Assembly (NCBI GenBank): GCA_964057225.1
Contig: CAXKVF010000073.1
Span: 124,001-188,000, forward strand
Direction: 5' to 3'
DNA: 64,000 nucleotides
Source: Auanema rhodensis
Lineage: Eukaryota; Animalia; Nematoda
The notes beneath the pieces are model-generated. The model saw only the letters and a list, made by a program, of their open reading frames with translations, had not been told where the DNA came from and searched no databases. The position numbers were made by a program, and so were the translations under genes. Shown here piece after piece: positions 58,701-64,000 of the stretch (the stretch's first letter is position 1; each line of letters starts with the position of its first letter).

Positions 58701-61700
58701 TTCAAAGTCATGGTTACCATGAACCAATATCAATAAAAATTTGTTTTTAGACTAATATGGACATGGGGAATCTAATTTTGAAAACCGCATCTCTTTATCT
58801 TTCACGTGAAGCGAGTTACATACCAAGTGCACATCACGTGTACATTTAATTAGCATAAATTAAAGTTCACGTAAATTTCAAAGTCATGGTTACCATGAAC
58901 CAATATCAATAAAAATTTGTTTTTAGACTAATATGGACATGGGGAATTTAATTTTGAAAACCGCATCTCTTTATCTTTCACGTGAAGCGAGTTACATACC
59001 AAGTGCACATCACGTGTACATTTAATTAGCATAAATTAAAGTTCACGTAAATTTCAAAGTCATGGTTACCATGAACCAATATCAATAAAAATTTGTTTTT
59101 AGACTAATATGGACATGGGGAATCTAATTTTGAAAACCGCATCTCTTTATCTTTCACGTGAAGCGAGTTACATACCAAGTGCACATCACGTGTACATTTA
59201 ATTAGCATAAATTAAAGTTCACGTAAATTTCAAAGTCATGGTTACCATGAACCAATATCAATAAAAATTTGTTTTTAGACTAATATGGACATGGGGAATC
59301 TAATTTTGGAAACCGCATCTCTTTATCTTTCACGTGAAGCGAGTTACATACCAAGTGCACATCACGTGTACATTTAATTAGCATAAATTAAAGTTCACGT
59401 AAATTTCAAAGTCATGGTTACCATGAAGCAATATCAATAAAAATTTGTTTTTAGACTAATATGGACATGGGGAATCTAATTTTGAAAACCGCATCTCTTT
59501 ATCTTTCACGTGAAGCGAGTTACATACCAAGTGCACATCACGTGTACATTTAATTAGCATAAATTAAAGTTCACGTAAATTTCAAAGTCATGGTTACCAT
59601 GAACCAATATCAATAAAAATTTGTTTTTAGACTAATATGGACATGGGGAATCTAATTTTGAAAACCGCATCTCTTTATCTTTCACGTGAAGCGAGTTACA
59701 TACCAAGTGCACATCACGTGTACATTTAATTAGCATAAATTAAAGTTCACGTAAATTTCAAAGTCATGGTTACCATGAAGCAATATCAATAAAAATTTGT
59801 TTTTAGACTAATATGGACATGGGGAATCTAATTTTGGTAACCGCATCTCTTTATCTTTCACGTGAAGCGAGTTACATACCAAGTGCACATCACGTGTACA
59901 TTTAATTAGCATAAATTAAAGTTCACGTAAATTTCAAAGTCATGGTTACCATGAACCAATATCAATAAAAATTTGTTTTTAGACTAATATGGACATGGGG
60001 AATCTAATTTTGAAAACCGCATCTCTTTATCTTTCACGTGAAGCGAGTTACATACCAAGTGCACATCACGTGTACATTTAATTAGCATAAATTAAAGTTC
60101 ACGTAAATTTCAAAGTCATGGTTACCATGAACCAATATCAATAAAAATTTGTTTTTAGACTAATATGGACATGGGGAATCTAATTTTGAAAACCGCATCT
60201 CTTTATCTTTCACGTGAAGCGAGTTACATACCAAGTGCACATCACGTGTACATTTAATTAGCATAAATTAAAGTTCACGTAAATTTCAAAGTCATGGTTA
60301 CCATGAAGCAATATCAATAAAAATTTGTTTTTAGACTAATATGGACATGGGGAATCTAATTTTGGAAACCGCATCTCTTTATCTTTCACGTGAAGCGAGT
60401 TACATACCAAGTGCACATCACGTGTACATTTAATTAGCATAAATTAAAGTTCACGTAAATTTCAAAGTCATGGTTACCATGAACCAATATCAATAAAAAT
60501 TTGTTTTAAGACTAATATGGACATGGGGAATCTAATTTTGAAAACCGCATCTCTTTATCTTTCACGTGAAGCGAGTTACATACCAAGTGCACATCACGTG
60601 TACATTTAATTAGCATAAATTAAAGTTCACGTAAATTTCAAAGTCATGGTTACCATGAAGCAATATCAATAAAAATTTGTTTTTAGACTAATATGGACAT
60701 GGGGAATCTAATTTTGGAAACCGCATCTCTTTATCTTTCACGTGAAGCGAGTTACATACCAAGTGCACATCACGTGTACATTTAATTAGCATAAATTAAA
60801 GTTCACGTAAATTTCAAAGTCATGGTTACCATGAACCAATATCAATAAAAATTTGTTTTAAGACTAATATGGACATGGGGAATCTAATTTTGAAAACCGC
60901 ATCTCTTTATCTTTCACGTGAAGCGAGTTACATACCAAGTGCACATCACGTGTACATTTAATTAGCATAAATTAAAGTTCACGTAAATTTCAAAGTCATG
61001 GTTACCATGAACCAATATCAATAAAAATTTGTTTTTAGACTAATATGGACATGGGGAATTTAATTTTGAAAACCGCATCTCTTTATCTTTCACGTGAAGC
61101 GAGTTACATACCAAGTGCACATCACGTGTACATTTAATTAGCATAAATTAAAGTTCACGTAAATTTCAAAGTCATGGTTACCATGAACCAATATCAATAA
61201 AAATTTGTTTTTAGACTAATATGGACATGGGGAATCTAATTTTGAAAACCGCATCTCTTTATCTTTCACGTGAAGCGAGTTACATACCAAGTGCACATCA
61301 CGTGTACATTTAATTAGCATAAATTAAAGTTCACGTAAATTTCAAAGTCATGGTTACCATGAACCAATATCAATAAAAATTTGTTTTTAGACTAATATGG
61401 ACATGGGGAATCTAATTTTGGAAACCGCATCTCTTTATCTTTCACGTGAAGCGAGTTACATACCAAGTGCACATCACGTGTACATTTAATTAGCATAAAT
61501 TAAAGTTCACGTAAATTTCAAAGTCATGGTTACCATGAACCAATATCAATAAAAATTTGTTTTAAGACTAATATGGACATGGGGAATCTAATTTTGAAAA
61601 CCGCATCTCTTTATCTTTCACGTGAAGCGAGTTACATACCAAGTGCACATCACGTGTACATTTAATTAGCATAAATTAAAGTTCACGTAAATTTCAAAGT

Positions 61701-63400
61701 CATGGTTACCATGAAGCAATATCAATAAAAATTTGTTTTTAGACTAATATGGACATGGGGAATCTAATTTTGGAAACCGCATCTCTTTATCTTTCACGTG
61801 AAGCGAGTTTACATACCGAGTGCACATCACGTGTAAATTTAATTAGCATAAATTAAAGTTCACGTAAATTTCAAAGTCATGGTTACCATGAACCAATATC
61901 AATAAAAGTTTGTTTTTAGACTAATATGGACATGGGGAATCAAATTTTGAGAACCGCATCTCTTTATCTTTCACGTGAAGCGAGTTACATACCAAGTGCA
62001 CATCACGTGTACATTTAATTAGCATAAATTAAAGTTCACGTAAATTTCAAAGTCATGGTTATCATGAAACAATATCAATAAAAATTTGTTTTTAGACTAA
62101 TATGGACATGGGGAATCTAATTTTGAAAACCGCATCTCTTTATCTTTCACGTGAAGCGAGTTACATACCAAGTGCACATCACGTGTACATTTAATTAGCA
62201 TAAATTAAAGTTCACGTAAATTTCAAAGTCATGGTTACCATGCACCAATATCAATAAAAATTTGTTTTTAGACTAATATGGACATGGGGAATCTAATTTT
62301 GAAAACCGCATCTCTTTATCTTTCACGTGAAGCGAGTTACATACCAAGTGCACATCACGTGTACATTTAATTAGCATGAATTAAAGTTCACGTAATTTTC
62401 AAAGTCATGGTTACCATGAACCAATATCAATAAAAATTTGTTTTTAGACTAATATGGACATGGGGAATCTAATTTTGAAAACCGCATCTCTTTATCTTTC
62501 ACGTGAAGCGAGTTACATACCAAGTGCACATCACGTGTACATTTAATTAGCATAAATTAAAGTTCACGTAAATTTCAAAGTCATGGTTACCATGAACCAA
62601 TATCAATAAAAATTTGTTTTTAGACTAATATGGACATTGGGAATCTAATTTTGAAAACCGCATCTCTTTATCTTTCACGTGAAGCGAGTTACATACCAAG
62701 TGCACATCACGTGTAAATTTAATTAGCATAAATTAAAGTTCACGTAAATTTCAAAGTCATGGTTATCATGAACCAATATCAATAAAAATTTGTTTTTAGA
62801 CTAATATGGACATGGGGAATCTAATTTTGAAAACCGCATCTCTTTATCTTTCACGTGAAGCGAGTTACATACCAAGTGCACATCACGTGTACATTTAATT
62901 AGCATAAATTAAAGTTCACGTAAATTTCAAAGTCATGGTTACCATGCACCAATATCAATAAAAATTTGTTTTTAGACTAATATGGACATGGGGAATCAAA
63001 TTTTGAAAACCGCATCTCTTTATCTTTCACGTGAAGCGAGTTACATGTCGCAGTTGGCTACCCACCTATGTTTCATGTGCTATATAACGTATAGTTATTC
63101 ACAAACACTCTGTTGAGTACGTTAAACATTATATTATCTTGAGAAGTATGTAAAACATTGATAAAACCTATATCATATAAAATCACATACTTAACTACAT
63201 ATAGTTAACTACATGAATATAGTACAGTTGAATTCGTCTTGCAACGACAAGCACGAATATATCATTCTTATTTCATTTAGACAAGTTCTAACAAAGTTAC
63301 AACTTTGGGCATGTTGCCAAGATCAACTACCGTAATCAGATTATCAAGCATGCACATCTAAGATTAGTGATAAGATCAATTGTTTACCTAAAATTGTTGA

Positions 63401-63406
63401 TATAAG
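63401..63406 (+). promoter_or_regulatory. TATA-like element in the putative LTR
   Basis: TATAAG ~60 bp upstream of AATAAA, the position expected in an LTR U3. The motif is weak evidence in AT-rich DNA. Confidence 0.25.
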
Positions 63407-63461
63407 ATATTTGTGATATATTTTAATCAGTTTAAGTCTGTCTTTTATTTTCTAATTTTTT

Positions 63462-63467
63462 AATAAA
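63462..63467 (+). terminator. Polyadenylation signal AATAAA in the putative LTR
   Basis: AATAAA followed by a T-rich tract, ~50 bp before the LTR end/PBS. Confidence 0.5.
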
Positions 63468-63517
63468 TTCTTTTATTTGTTTCTTTTTTTCTTTTTTTAT
63501 TATACAGTCTTTTGACT

Positions 63518-63532
63518 TGGGGGCCGAACCGG
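63518..63532 (+). other. Primer binding site complementary to the 3' end of a tRNA-Pro
   Basis: TGG-G-GGCCGAA-CCGG reverse-complements to CCGG-TTCGGCC-C-CCA (T-stem, 7-nt acceptor strand, C discriminator, CCA). This is the same layout as the MLV tRNA-Pro PBS TGGGGGCTCGTCCGGGAT. It is a GC-rich island in very AT-rich flanks. Confidence 0.8.
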
Positions 63533-63559
63533 TTCTCTGCTCGATTGATTGTCTTGTAT

Positions 63560-63862
63560 ATAGGGAAACGTATAGTTTCATAACCTATTTTTGGGCGAAT
63601 AGCTCCGTGATTAAGTCACAATCTGCCCGCATAGGGTTCTTCCAATTTTTTTTTTGGATTTTTTTTTCATTTTGAAAAAAAAAAAAAAAAAAAAATTTTT
63701 TTAGCACTTTCTAAGTGTTAATTAATTTTTGGAAGATTTTGAGAAAGTAATTAACTTTCTCTAATTTTTGATTTCGAGAAGAAATCAAAAATTTTTTTGT
63801 CATTATTCGTATAGAATATTCTTGACATATTTTAATTTTTTTTCGTATAGAAAACTAATTAA
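63560..63862 (+). promoter_or_regulatory. Hairpin-dense 5' leader between PBS and ORF
   Basis: Consecutive inverted repeats, e.g. GAAAC/GTTTC 63565-79, GAGAAAGT/ACTTTCTC 63741-61, 13-bp AATTTTTGATTTC/GAAATCAAAAATT 63763-93, TATTC/GAATA 63804-18, TTTTC/GAAAA 63840-54. Confidence 0.7.
63675..63695 (+). repeat. A21 homopolymer flanked by T tracts
   Basis: 21 consecutive A, with T runs on both sides. Confidence 0.9.
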
Positions 63863-63904
63863 TTTTTTTCCAGTTGACGAAAAGTCATTGCCTACATCTC
63901 CATC

Positions 63905-64000
63905 ATGAGTGAGGAACTGGATATCGAAATGAACGAGGTAAGATTACCTTTTGATTTTGATAAATTCGAGAGTAATATAGATAACATTTTATCTTTTGCT
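63905..64000 (+). CDS. Partial ORF (N-terminus), candidate gag/polyprotein start: MSEELDIEMNEVRLPFDFDKFESNIDNILSFA...
   Basis: First ATG after an in-frame TGA (63875-77); 32 codons open to the window end; lies ~370 nt downstream of the PBS. No protein motif is recognisable, so gag is inferred from position only. Confidence 0.5.
   Translation, partial: MSEELDIEMNEVRLPFDFDKFESNIDNILSFA

Larger units (their letters stand above)
1..63046. repeat. 176-bp tandem satellite DNA array (~360 monomers, ~32% GC), open at the left window edge
   Basis: Unit AGCATAAATTAAAGTTCACG...GTGTACATTTAATT recurs at 1, 177, 353 and onward. Net indels are 7x-39, -9, five -1 and three +1 (= -284), which places the last monomer start at 62901, i.e. 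after 359 units. 56/176 bases are G+C. No inversion or foreign insert was seen inside the array. Confidence 0.99.
63046..63517 (+). repeat. Putative 5' LTR (~472 bp)
   Basis: Begins TGTCG at the junction and ends ...TTTGACT directly before the PBS (TGTC/GACT, an imperfect terminal inverted repeat; the canonical CA end is not seen there, and an alternative CA end lies at 63506). The second copy is not visible. Confidence 0.6.
63046..64000 (+). mobile_element. 5' end of a putative LTR retrotransposon inserted into the satellite (truncated by window)
   Basis: Order of parts is TG start at an abrupt satellite junction, ~470-bp LTR-like segment with AATAAA, TGG-initiated tRNA-like PBS, structured leader, then ATG ORF. 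The 3' LTR, TSD and pol lie outside the window, so the superfamily cannot be assigned. Confidence 0.7.

Noticed and set aside
1-63046. CRISPR array or information-storing repeat
   Set aside because: There are no unique spacers. Units are wholly repeated, and variant patterns are explained by block duplication.
63518-63600. tRNA-Pro gene on the minus strand
   Set aside because: Similarity covers only 15 nt including an encoded CCA, with no T-loop, anticodon arm or D arm. This fits a PBS, not a gene.
63675-63695. A21 as the poly(A) tail of a LINE, SINE or retrocopy
   Set aside because: No flanking TSD or adjacent upstream AATAAA, and it lies within the hairpin-rich leader between PBS and ORF.

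Overview
About 98.5% of the window (1-63046) is one uninterrupted head-to-tail array of a 176-bp, ~32% GC satellite. It holds 359 complete monomers plus a final 146-bp partial one; this count comes from phase bookkeeping over all visible indels. Monomers are nearly identical, and rare marker variants reveal nested multi-monomer duplications, variant domains and a 137-bp deletion subfamily. The array stops abruptly mid-monomer at ~63046. The last ~950 bp look like the 5' end of an LTR retrotransposon inserted into the satellite: a TG-initiated ~470-bp putative LTR with TATA-like and AATAAA signals, a 15-nt tRNA-Pro-type primer binding site (TGGGGGCCGAACCGG), a structured leader, and an ORF from 63905 that runs off the window. 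The most unusual signal is a set of seven short hairpins in this element, all closed by C-G around a G-N-R-N-A pentaloop (six are GNATA), each with a different stem sequence. The sequence appears eukaryotic, possibly nematode, but this is inference. The two 60-aa ORFs in the track are artefacts of the satellite.
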